A stretch of DNA of 64,000 nt from the human T2T-CHM13v2.0 reference genome, Homo sapiens: assembly GCF_009914755.1 (NCBI RefSeq), contig NC_060936.1. One strand, 5' to 3'. Shown here piece by piece: positions 14,252 through 29,872 of the stretch. Both the position numbers and the translations under genes were made by a program. The notes beneath the pieces were generated by a model, which was not told the DNA's origin, ran no database searches, and worked only from the letters and a program-made list of their open reading frames with translations. How positions within the stretch are numbered: position 1 is the first letter of the stretch; the number at the start of each line of letters is the position of its first letter.

Positions 14252-15908
14252 TATAGAAGTTACAGATATTTAATTTCCTAAGAAAACCACAACCTTGTCT
14301 GTTAAGCTTGGAGTGAGGTAGACAGAGGAGAGGGCAGGAAGCACTTTTCTCACATTCAAGCTCAACATCATGTCCAGAGGAAATAGGACAGAAACCTTCT
14401 TTCCCAGTCGGGGGGCTATTTCCTAAGGGAAAGCAGGGAAGTGAGTGTTCCTTTCCTAAGGGAAAGCAGGGAAGGGAGTGTTCCCCTCGATGGCTTTATT
14501 TTCTGTTTTTAATCTAGTTCGTCAGATGGAATTTTATGATTCAGGAATTATCAGTGTCACCTATGAGTTATTAATAGAATAGCAAGTTATTTTGACCAGT
14601 GAGGTGGAGGAAAAGGAAATGATAATAAGAGTAACTGCTCACTTTATGGGACAAGGAGATGAGGTCAGAGGAGAGTAAAAATAATCCATGTGAAAGATTA
14701 TGTAAAAGTTAGCTAGATAGGAATTATTCTACTCCTTTCCCCAAATAACTTTTGTAGGGTAATCCTAATTCCTTAACTTAAAAATAAGGACAAAATTATG
14801 ATAGAAAACTAGTTTAAGCCTTAGAGAACCAGAGAAGTGTGCTTTATCTTTCATTTCCATATTTATCTTCACCCTTTGCTTTTTCAAGCTGTGGACAAAA
14901 ACTCCACCACCTTTAGAGGTTCTGGCTTATCCTAATAATTTGAATCTTTCCTTATTTTGGTTTCTAAGCTATCAATTCATTTTCAGCTTAACCTATTCTG
15001 GAGCTTGGTACTGAGACTGCAGAGAAGGGAGGTAAGAAAACCTCAACATTTCTAAAGTTTGGAAGTGAACATTGGACATATTCCTTTATGGTTCAAGTGC
15101 AATGTTATAACTCTTCAATGGTGATTTAGTAACTTGTCACATCTGTGATTTTCATGTGTTTATTCTGCTTTTTTATTTGGAGTGCCAGAGAGTTTTGCTT
15201 GGGTCCTTCAACAATTGTCTTGGTCTGATACCTGGCAACACAACATAATAATCAATCTGGGTTTGTACTTTTCATTGGAATGCTGAAAATGTACAGTTTG
15301 GCAAAGATTGGAAGGGCAGTTCTATGGAACTACACCAACTGAGGTCATTGGCCACATGAAGATGGCCAGATCTTCCACCAGAAACAGACAAATGATGAGT
15401 TTTGAGGTCCAATGAAGTGGTCACTCTCATAATTATGGCAAATTTATGAACTCTGAAAACAGTTCAATTGCATGGCCTTCTTGGATTTTTGTACAGCTTG
15501 AATGACAGACTTGTAGACTCTGAAGCTGATGGTGACAGAGAAGAGAGCCATGGTGAAATAAGAAGCCACAGTGATGATGCTGAAATCTCCAGGGAAAGTA
15601 GCATGATCCATGTGGGGTGAAGACAAACTCAGATTTCTTCACTTTTTGTCAGGAAACCAGATGGTGTATTATACAGAAAGCTGAAGAACAGGCTCCCAGG
15701 CAGCCCCTTTATCACACCTCCTTCTCCTGTTGCTGGGCATGGAGTGTTTGTCCCTCAAGGACAAAGAGGAATTAGATGGAATTGAGTGGCCTCCAATAGC
15801 TTTGCCATGGGCTTTTTCAGCAAGGACAATAGGAAAAGAAACAATAAAATAATTACGCCATGGGTTCTCCCAAGTCCCTTCACTCTTTCCCTCCATGCTT
15901 AGACGCCA
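14252..15908 (-). pseudogene. RTN3: Processed pseudogene of reticulon 3, short isoform; CDS-equivalent 15808..15160
   Basis: ORF fragment [34 protein letters not shown] matches the reticulon domain (RTN3 [34 protein letters not shown]). Further in-order remnants: [35 protein letters not shown], and KKAE-stop at 15160. Intronless with many frameshifts. ATTAAA at 14274-14269, A-tract 16 nt later, degenerate TSD. Confidence 0.92.
14419..14484. repeat. 33-bp tandem duplication (2 copies, 1 mismatch)
   Basis: tttcctaagggaaagcagggaag(t/g)gagtgttcc at 14419-14451 and 14452-14484. Confidence 0.95.
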
Positions 15909-16139
15909 ACTACTAGTAATGTCTTGATAGCTGACCTTCTAGATTTTATTATTTTACATACCATTTTGAACCTTTCTTGCTTAATATTTCATTTAAAAAT
16001 CTCTTCGGCCATTGTATTTTTCCTCATCAAAAATATTCTCCAAATGTTTTATTTCCAATTGTCTCTCTACCCTTGCTCCAATCCCATTCCACACAGGTAG
16101 CTACCAGTAATATTTTGACTTCAATTATTTTATATGCTA

Positions 16140-16340
16140 ACTGGAATTATAGACTGTGATAACTGGAAGAGACCTTGGAGATCATCTTTCCATCTTTCCC
16201 TACCTTCTTTCACTGTCCTACCACTGCAGGCTTCCAGAAGATATATAGACAGGCTAAATGCCCCACCCTAAATCCCACCTCAGCTAGGAATTGACATGGG
16301 ACTAGAACCCAGGTCTTTTCATTGCTAGTTAAGGGACCTC
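16140..16340 (-). mobile_element. MIR-like fragment
   Basis: ctggaagagaccttggagatcatct...gggactagaacccaggtct. Confidence 0.55.
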
Positions 16341-17924
16341 ACCAACCTCATCCCACAATTTTATATTTTTAGTTTGCTGGATGTCCTAAAGAAGTAGTTT
16401 CTGTAAGACGGATTTGAGTGGTTTATGGCCAGATTGAATTTACAAGGTGACCATCCGTTTTTGAAGGAAAAACAAACACACTTCTAACCAAATAGAAATG
16501 ACTGTAGTTCATCTATTCTGTCCCTCCTTTGGCCTCCATGACTGGTCCCACAGGACCAGCGTTCTGCTTTCCTGGAGCAGCTTTGTTGTACTGAGATTGT
16601 CCTTAGATCCATCTATCACATGGTAACGTTGGCCTTCTTTTCTCTTTTTTTGGTCACTTGCTTTGGGCATAGGCACAGCTCTCCATGCTTTTGCTTCAAA
16701 TGTTTCTAGAAAGATGGAACTTAAACCAGCTGGCTATTGGAGTTGCTGATCTTCTGGGTATCTTCTAAATATTCCACATAAAACCAGGATTTTCTCCTGA
16801 TAGAGACATTGTGTTTTTTTATTCATGTGCCCTCAACTGAGATTTATAATTTGATCAGTAAATTCTTACTTACCTTAAACTCTAGGCTGGCCTTTTTCTT
16901 TATATTTATATATCTATATCTATATCTATCTATATATATATTTATAGATTTTTTCTTTATATTTTTAAGCAGACCCCTCCCTAGACTTTCACTCTAAGTT
17001 CAATTTGAACACTTCTCACACCTTCTTTTATAGACATAAAATGCACACTTTCACAAAATAACACTAATAAAAACCTTCAGATCTCATTCTACCTCCACCC
17101 CCTAACCATTCTCAGAACTTCTCACTTACCTGGCCCACCTAGAAGTCCTAAGATCACTCTTTTCCACACTGGCCCAGATCTTTGGTCTTTGTTCAGGGTC
17201 CATAATGTCTTTTGAGTTATATTAAGCATGCTTACTTTAACTATAGTCAGTTCTCTGACACAGACAGAATTCATAGTGAGTTTTGGATAAGGTCTTTTGT
17301 TTTGTTTTGTTTTTTTGTCAAGGATCCAAATTGACCCAACTTGAATTTTTAAAGAAGAACATGTCAGGGGTGGATGCCAAAGAGGCCCACTCTGCAAATA
17401 TATTTTGCAATTAACAGAGTTCAAGTGAGCTCTTCTGAGTTTGGTGGTGGCTGTTGTTGCTTGGGGATCTCTTTCTTTCACATAAGTCTCTGTCTATTGT
17501 TTCCCTTTGTGTGTGCTTGTGTGTGTGCTGTGGGACATGATAAACAAGTATCATTTTGTTTCATGTAATTACAGAATCATGCTTTTATGTTTACCTTTCA
17601 TATCCACTTTAAGGATAGAATCTGTTTTACAATTGGGACTGCTTCTATGACCAATTCTGTAGTGTTGCCTTCAGTTCAGGCACATGCCTCTGAAACCTTA
17701 ATCGCAAACAGATGCTGTTCTGAATCAAGAGTTTCCCTCTTTGGCTACTCAGCCTGAGCAATGAGCTGCCTGACTTGGATCCTACAGGCTTCTTGAAAAA
17801 CTCCACAGGCTGCCTTACTAGCACACTGGTAACATGCAGAAGATTGATATTTTCCAGGCCCAAGCAAGACTTTGAAATAGTACCTAGCAGTTGCAGAGAG
17901 CTATTTATTTTCCCCTCCTCCCAG

Positions 17925-18090
17925 AAGTGTTTTCACATACATGATCTCATTTTATCCTTCAAATAGTCCTTGGAGTTAAGTAGGAAAAGCAGTATTTTCC
18001 CCTAGGAACCTGAGGTCCAGAGATGTTAAGTAACTCGCTCAAGGTCACACAATTAGCCTTGACTTGTAGTCTGTTATTCTTTCCACCAAA
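17925..18090 (-). mobile_element. MIR fragment
   Basis: atctcatttatcct...ctgaggtccagagatgttaagtaactcgctcaaggtcacaca. Confidence 0.7.
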
Positions 18091-19168
18091 ATGACACTAG
18101 CATTTACTTTGTCTTGTTTCAAAGTTGTTCAAAGTCTTTTAGGTGCTGGTTGGATCCAAGCTGTCATTCTTATAGCTCAGATTTAAATAAAATTTGTAAC
18201 ATCTTTTAGTGTTTCATGTGTTTTTTTTTTTCCCCTAGGCCTTAAGATGTGTCTAAAGTGGTAATTTTGTGGGGCCTTAAAAATTATGTGGGAGAGAGAA
18301 CCTTTATAAATAAAAGTTGAAGGAAAAAAATTATTTGGGGAGCTTGTTCAGTAGATCATGGTTCAATAGAGCAAAGATGCAGTCGTAAATTTGGCATTCT
18401 ATAACAAAAACCACCCATGTGATTCTGAATTAGGAGGTCTGTGTAATCACTGTTCTCAGAGCTAAAGTAAGCAAGGCATGTAAGACGTCTGAGGCTCACT
18501 TTCCTTATTTAAAAAACAAAGGCAAGACTAGAATCAATTAGTAAATTGTCTCCAGAAATTAACATAGATTCTAATCTCCTGTAAACTTAACAGCTCGCAT
18601 CAGCATTCTTATGATGGAAGAAACAGTATTTGTCTGAAAAAATACCTTGGAGTTAGAAAGTCCCCCACAAGGGACTGGGTTTTCTGGAGAGGGAGGGAGG
18701 AAGAATAGAGGAGAATTTATTGAAAGACATGAAGTTGGGAACTCTGTAGGTTAAGGACCAACAGAGAAATCCCTAGGAGTGGATGGCCAGAAAGGACTCT
18801 GGAGAAAGAGGGATGATTGGTATAGAGTTTTTAAATGTTTGCTCTGTGATCTTCATATAGTCAGTAAAATCTATATTTTGTGTGACTGGTAACTTTCCTA
18901 TAGGAATTCATGAAGAGGCCGAGCTTTGCTTTCAGAATGACATAATGCAGAACTGAGCAGAAGAGATACTGAGAATATAAGTCTTGGGAATTTGCAGAAG
19001 TCTTGGGGACAGCTTTGGATTTCTGCAAACTAGAACTGAAGGCTTAAATCAACTTCACTTAACTATCCATGGGATCAATGTGATCCAGGTGATGTCTGGG
19101 GTAATATATGACAATAAGCATGAAGATCTAGAAAATATTATTTAAAAAATACTCTTATGGCTTTAGAA

Positions 19169-19674
19169 CAGGGGTCTCTGGTACCCCACAGAGGTACCGG
19201 TCTGTGGTCTCTTAAGAACCAGGATGCACAGCAGAAGGTGAGCTATAAGCAAGTGAGTGAAGCTTCATCTCTGCTCCCCATCACTCATAGTACAGCCTGA
19301 GATCTGCCTCCTGTCAGATCAGTGGCAGCATTAGATTCTCATAGAGGTGTAAATCCTAGTGTGAACTGTGCATGCAAGGGATCTAGGTTGTGTGCTCCTT
19401 CTGATAATCTAATGCCTGATGATCTGTCACTGTCTCTAGTCACCCTCAGTTAAGACCATCTAGTTGCAGGAAAACAAGCTCAGGGCTCCTACTGATTCTA
19501 CATTATGGTGAGTTGTATAATTATTTCATTATATATTACAATGTAGTAATAATAAAGTGCACAATAAATGCAATGCATTTGAGTCATCCTAAAACTGTCT
19601 TCCTCCCACTGGACCATGGAAAAATTGTCCTCCATGAAACCAGTCCCTGGTGCCCAAATGGTTGGAAACTGCTG
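19169..19674. mobile_element. MER1A (hAT-Charlie)
   Basis: caggggtc...ctgtcagatcagtggcagcattagattctcatag...ggttggaaactgctg; perfect 8-bp TSD ctttagaa 19161-19168 / 19675-19682. Confidence 0.93.
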
Positions 19675-21197
19675 CTTTAGAAAAACTAGGATAAGATTAG
19701 ATATCTCATAATAAAGGTGCACATCAAGAAAGTGAATGTGAACAAAGATGTTTGCAAACAGAGTACATGAAGATCAAGAACCTTGAGATGCAGTTCCAGC
19801 TTTGGCCAGTTTGCAGAATGATTTTAACTCAGTTTTAATGTGTTTGTTCCCTTTCCCATGTAATTTATAATGGTAGTTCACATGGACTGTTGATGCTTGT
19901 ACTCTAGCAGCCAGAACCAGAAAACTGGGAATTTTCTACATCTGGAAATATTTACCTCGGGATCTTGAGAAAGAGTTCTTGGTCTGAAGAAGCAGAGGAT
20001 GGGGAGGAGCAAGGCAGAGAACAACAGAACCAAAGTGTTAATTTCCAGTTTAGTAAAGAACGGACATTTTACATGAATGCAAGGAACAGAAATGTCCTCT
20101 TTACAGAGAAATAGGCATCCAGATATGTTGTCTTAACGATACTGGGATACTAGACTAGTATACTAGAGAGTCGCAAATTTAGAGGACAACAAGATTCTAC
20201 TGGAATGCTTATGTCAGATGGTTTCAATCCTTTCAGTAAAAAAAGGGAATTAGCATTATCTGCTGAAAAGTAAGGGTTGGGATTGTAGAAGTTTGTGGCC
20301 TTCAAAAGAGGTCTGAACTAGTTTTGGAAGAATGAAGCTAGGGAGGCAGTGATAAATTAATGACAGGACCTGCCCATGAGTGGCTAGGGCCAAAGAGTTC
20401 CTGTACTGTCTTATATAAACTGCTAAAATAAAAACTCCTTCTACCTTCTTACTGTCAATGAAATTCAATTCCCTTTGAGAATACTGCTTACATGGTTTCT
20501 TATTCTCACCACCCTCCCTGCCCAGCCCCACTCCACCACAGTGATGGAACCAGGAGAGAAAAGCAGAGAAAATACCAATATTCCTCTGGTGTTCTCTTTC
20601 AATTATTCTTGCAATTAGCAAATATTTGTTGAGTAGCTACTAGTCTAGGTGTTCTGGTCTAGGTGCTGGAAGAAGCTTATTTTAACTCTTTTGATAAGAA
20701 TACCTCTTTTGAAGCCTATGCTGTATAAAAATACCACCTCTTCTTTTTGCCATCTTTTACCAAATTGCACATTTGTTGAAGGTATTGATGCTTGTCTTTC
20801 AAGTCTGGATTATGGGTATGAGTTGAGTGGAGCATTCTTTGAGCTGTCCCTCTGCTCTTCAGATGATTGAGACCATACCCTAAATCTCTTTTCATTAAGC
20901 CATTGCATACAACTGAAAAGATTTATTGGATATCACAATCTTGCTCTGGGACACTTTAACCTATTCAGCAAATTTAACTATGAGTGTAATGGCCATACCC
21001 TTGTTTTGATCTTTGCCTCAAGGTTGAGTCTTGATCAGCGTTTGTTGCTCAGTTGTTTATTTTACCTTATGGGATTGAAAAGCAGTTGCTTTCTCTAACC
21101 CTGTTAAGTCCCCAAATTCCTGGACTTTTTCCCTTTTATTACTGATTGCATATTGGTCGATCCTTTTCTAAGTACATTTCTTCCTTCTAATACCTTG

Positions 21198-21629
21198 CTA
21201 TATTCGTTTTCTGGAGCTGATGTTACAAAGTCACAGAAACTGGGTGGCCTAAACACTAGAAATTTATTGTCTCCCATTTCTGGAAACTAGAAGTCTGAGA
21301 TTAAGGCATCAGCAGAGTGGGTTTCTTCTGAGGGCTATGAGGGATAATCTATCTGTTTAAGCCTCTTTTCTAGCTTTTGGTGGTTTACTGACAATCTTTG
21401 CTGTCTCTTGACCGGTGGATGAATCTCCCTATTTCTGCCTTCAACTTCACATGGCACTCTCCCTGTATGCATGCCTCTGGGTCCAAATTTCCCCTTTGTA
21501 TAATGATACCGATTATATTAGGACTTCCTTTAAATAATTATCCGTATGTCCAATTCTGGTGTACTGGGGATTAAGGATGACAGTATATCTTTTTTGAGGA
21601 GCTAGGAGGACACAGTTTAATCCGTGATA
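21198..21629 (-). mobile_element. MLT1 (C/D-like) MaLR LTR
   Basis: aaactgggtggcctaaacactagaaatttattgtctc...tctggaaactagaagtctgagattaagg...gtccaaatttcccct...ggacacagtttaatcc. Confidence 0.85.
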
Positions 21630-22279
21630 CTTACCAAATACAGCCAACAGCAACTACGACATGCTACTGACATTCTGTTTTCTAACCTTTCTTTCCTAGG
21701 GTTACAAGTTAGTTAAGTATATGATTTGCCTTCCAAGTTACCTCAAGCAAAAGTTTTAACAAATGTTACCAGTTTTAGCCCGTTCTAAATTTTATAACCA
21801 CCAAAATACAGGCTCCTAAGCCAATGCCACGTATTCTTTCACATTCCAATTTGTGGTTCTGGAGACACCAAAAAATTAACATAATATTCACAATAGTTGC
21901 CGATGGAGGCTGGAAAACATTTGCAATATTAGACTACTAATATTACTCTTAAATTTATAAATAGTCCATTTGTACTCTTGCTATCTCCCTGCAAATGTTA
22001 GAGGAGGTGTTTCTGACTCCAGATACTTTTTTGCCTGCACCAGTTATTTTAGTTTCTTTCTTTCTTGCTTTCTTTCTCTTTTTTTGTTTTTGTAGTTTTG
22101 TACCTGTACTGTACTTGTAGGATCATTTTGAAGAGAGAGGAAGTATTACAATTAGTCCTATGTTCAAAGAGGTAAAAGCAACTAGAAAAGAGAAGTGGCA
22201 GCACAGAAAAGCAGTAGAAATATAGAACCAATTTTCTGAGCATACAGAGAAAGAACAAATGACTTGTTTAAAAGGGTCC

Positions 22280-22743
22280 TTTTTTAAAATTATACTTTAA
22301 GTTCTGGGATGTATGTGCAGAATGTGCAAGTTTGTTACATATGTATACACGTGCCATGGTGGTTTGCTGCATCCATCAACCCATCATCTACATTAGGTAT
22401 TCCTCCTAATGCTATCCCTCCCCTAGCCCCCCACCCCCTGACAGGTCCTGGTGTGTAATGTTCCCCTTCCTGTGTCCATGTGTTCTCATTGTTCAATTCC
22501 CACTTATGAGTGAAAACATACAGTGTTTGGTTTTCTGTTCCTGTGTTAGTTTGCTGAGGATGATGGTTTCCAGCTTCACCCATGTCCCTGGAAAGGACAT
22601 GAACTCATCCATTTTTATGGCTGCATAGTATTCCATGGTGTATATGTGCCACATTTTCTTTATCCAGTCTATCACTGATGGGCATTTGGGTTGGTTCCAA
22701 GTCTTTGCTATTGTGAACAGTGCTGCAATAAACATACGTGTGC
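22280..22743 (-). mobile_element. Older L1PA (PA7-like) 3' end; host element, resumes at ~26571-26619
   Basis: ttatactttaagttctggga...gctgcaataaacatacgtgtgc; continuation atgtgtcattatagtagactgatttata found after the nested insertion. Confidence 0.9.
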
Positions 22744-26570
<3,827 letters not shown>

Positions 26571-27039
26571 AAGAAACCATATGTTTGCATGTGTCATTAT
26601 AGTAGACTGATTTATATTTCAGTTACTTTCTAATGCATTGTGTCCCAGTAGATTAGTTCACATTTGCCTCTTTTTTTCCTCTATTTATTCTGGGCCCCAT
26701 AATCTATTACTTGAGCTTGTCCTTCTTCATCACCCTTAATACTCTCACTTTCTGTTTCTCTGCTCTGCTTGGCCTGAAAAATGTCAGCAGCAAACTATAT
26801 CTGATCATTGTCATCCTCCTCTGACATGCAACACTATTAAGGATTTATGAAGGAAATACATAGTAAGCTCCTACACCTTTATGATGTTTAGTTCAACTGT
26901 GTTCTCAACACTGCTAGGGAGTCTTGCAAGAGTTACCTCACTCTCTCTCTTTTCTCTTTATGGATATGCTGTATAAGCATAAGACACCTCTTAAAGAATA
27001 ACCTTGTTTTTGTTATTTATTCCACTATGGGAAACCTGA

Positions 27040-27400
27040 TCTAGTCAGTAATTTTTCAGTGGTTACTTTTAGCTTCTGTAACATTCTTACTACCTGCATC
27101 CATTTGTTCCATTTTCCTTTCTGTTTCAATATCCCTCCTCTTGTTCAATTCAGTCCTTTGCCAAGGTGTTCTATCCTACCTTCTCCACCTCTTTAGGAGC
27201 CTTACTCCAGCAAATGCCTCCTCTTATCCTTCATTTTAAACTCTGACTCTTGATTGGCTCTTTCACCTGAGCATACTCATTGCTCAGTTTGTCTCTATCT
27301 AAAAAATCATTTTTAGACTTTATACCTTTATTTTCTTTGTAAATGTCTTTATATATATTTTCTTATAACCTCCCGTCCCTCCTTCTTTCTTCCCCTCTCC
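27040..27400 (+). mobile_element. L2 fragment
   Basis: ccttctccacctctttaggagccttactccagcaa...tggctctttcacc...gcatactcattgctc. Confidence 0.5.
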
Positions 27401-28044
27401 CATTGAAAATCAACAGGATAGTATTTGGAGACTTTTGTTTCCCTGGGATTGACACATCTCACAGCTAAGAATGAAAGCCATGAAATATCTAATATTCTAA
27501 GTTCGGAGAACCACTAGGTCACCTCCTGGACAGTAAAATTTCAATGTATGAGCAACAAACAATCATGCTAGGATGTAAAATGATTAAAATGTCACTTTCT
27601 GAGTATTAGACAATTCATATGGTTTTTAACAAACAGTGGCTTTATATCCATTGTAATGCCTCTTTTAGCATCAACATTCAGAAATTCACATTCCATTTTT
27701 TTGGACACTTCATGAGATTTTGAAACTACTCTTTATTCTGAGATTCTGTTAATTGTATTTAGAATGGACCTTGATAGTTTTCCTGCTCATAATTTTGGTA
27801 AAACTGTATTGCATTTTGAGGAAGTTAATATCAAATGTTCCTATATAAACTTTGACTAGAAAATGATGTATGGAGATATTCACACATCTATAAAGTTTGG
27901 TTATTTAAATCCAAGAGATGTTTTGTCATGAATATCTTAACTACAGAGACATGGAGCTGCTTGGATAGAACAAACTCTGTGCTTTAATGGTTGTATAGTA
28001 TTCTTTTCATATGTATATCTGTAATTTTACTTCTGTTTAGCCAT

Positions 28045-29872
28045 TTTCTTCTTTTTATTATGTATACATTTTTTATTTCTGTAGCTTTTGGGGTACAAGA
28101 TTTTATTTCATGGATGAATTGTATAGCGGTGAAGTCTGAGATTTTAGTGCACCTGTCACCCAAGTAGTGTACATTGTATCCAATATGTAGCTTTCTATCC
28201 CTTACTCTTGGCCCCTTCTGAGTTTCTAAAGTCCATTATACCACTTGGTATGCCATTACATACCCATAGCTTAGATCCTACTTATAAGTGAAAACATATG
28301 GTATTTTGTTTTCCAATCCTGAGTCACTTTACTTAGAATAATGGCCCTAAGTTCCATCCAAGTTGCTGCAAAAAAACCCCATTATTTCATTCTTTTTTAA
28401 TGGCTGAGTAGTATTCCATGGTGTATACATACTGTATTTTCTTAATCCACACATCAGTTCGTGGACACAGATTGGTTCCATATCTTTGCAATTGTGAATG
28501 AATTGTGTTGTGATAAACAGGCATGTGCACATCTCTTTTTGAGATAATGACTTATTTTCCTTTCGGTAGATACTCAGTAGTGGGATTGCTGGATTGAATG
28601 GTAGATCTACTTTTAGTTGTTTAAGAAATCTTCATACTGTTTTCCATGGAGCTTGTACTAGCTTACATTCCCAACAGCAGTTTAAACGTTCCCTTTTCAC
28701 CACATTTATGCCAACATTTGTTGTTTTTTGACTTTTTAATAATGGTCACTCTGGCTGGGTTAGATGGTATCTCATTATGGTTTTAATTTGCATTTCTCTA
28801 ATCATTAGTGATGTTAAGCATTTTTCATTTCTTTATTGGTCATTTGTATATCTTCTTTTGAGAAGTGTCTATTCATGTCATTTTTCCACTTTTTGATGGG
28901 ATTATTTGTTTTTTTCTTGCTGATTTGCTTGAATTCCTTGTAGATTCTGGATATTAGTCCTTGGTCAGATGCATAGCTTGCAAATATTTTCTCCCATTAT
29001 GTGGGTTGTCTATTTACTCTGATGATTATTTCTTTCGCTATGCAGAACATTTTAGTTCAATTAGGTCCCATTTTTATTTATTTATTTATTTGCTTTTTTG
29101 TTCATTTACTTTTGGGGTCTTAGTCATAAATTCTTTGTCGAGGCCAATGTCCAGAAGAGTTTTTCCCTAGGCTTTCTTCTAGAATTTTTAAGGTTTCATG
29201 TCTTAGATTATGTCTTTAATCTTGATTTGATTATTGTATGTGGTGAGAGATAGGGATCCAGTTTCATCCTTCTACATGTGGCTATCCAGTTTCCCAGCAC
29301 AATTTACTGAATAGTGTGTTCTTTCTCCAATTTATGTTTTTGCACACTTTGTCCAAGATTAGTTGCTTGAAAGTATTTGGCTTTATTTGTGAGTTCTTTA
29401 CACTGGTCCCATGGTTTGTATCTCTCCTTTTATATCAGTACCATGCTGTTTTGGTTACTATAGCCTTGTAGTATAATTTGAAGTTGGGTAATGTGATGCC
29501 TCCTAATTTGTTCTTTTTGTTTAGGATTGCTTTGGCTATCTGGGCTCTTTTATGGTTCCATATGAATTCTAGGATTGTTTCTTCTAATTCTGTGAAAAAT
29601 GATGTTGGTATTTTGATAGGAATTGCATTGAAAATGTAGACTGCTTTGGGCAGTTTGGTCATTTTCATGATATTGATTCTTCTAATCCATGGGCATGGGG
29701 TGTAGTTCCATTCATTTGTGTCATCTATGATTTATTTCAGCAGTGTTTTCTAGTTCTCCTTGTAGAGGTCTTTCACCTCCAAGGTTAAGTATATTCCTAT
29801 GTGTTTTATTTATTTATTTTTGCAGCGATTGTAAAAGGGATTGAGTTCTTGATTTGATTTTCAGCTTGGTCA
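28045..29872 (-). mobile_element. L1PB-type LINE, 5'-truncated (~1.8 kb)
   Basis: 3'UTR gggtacaag...atggatgaattgtatagcggtgaagtctgagattttagtgcacc; ORF2 peptide [25 protein letters not shown]...[12 protein letters not shown] (29435-29668). Confidence 0.9.

Noticed and set aside
14419-14484. 33-bp repeat as a CRISPR-like array
   Set aside because: Two adjacent copies with no spacer, in a primate genome; a simple tandem duplication
15444-15626. Reticulon-like ORF as a functional microprotein
   Set aside because: Only part is in the RTN3 frame, the start is not the parental ATG, and frameshifts flank both sides
20700-21900. Possible MaLR internal sequence around the MLT1 LTR
   Set aside because: Only vague motif similarity; cannot assign family or boundaries
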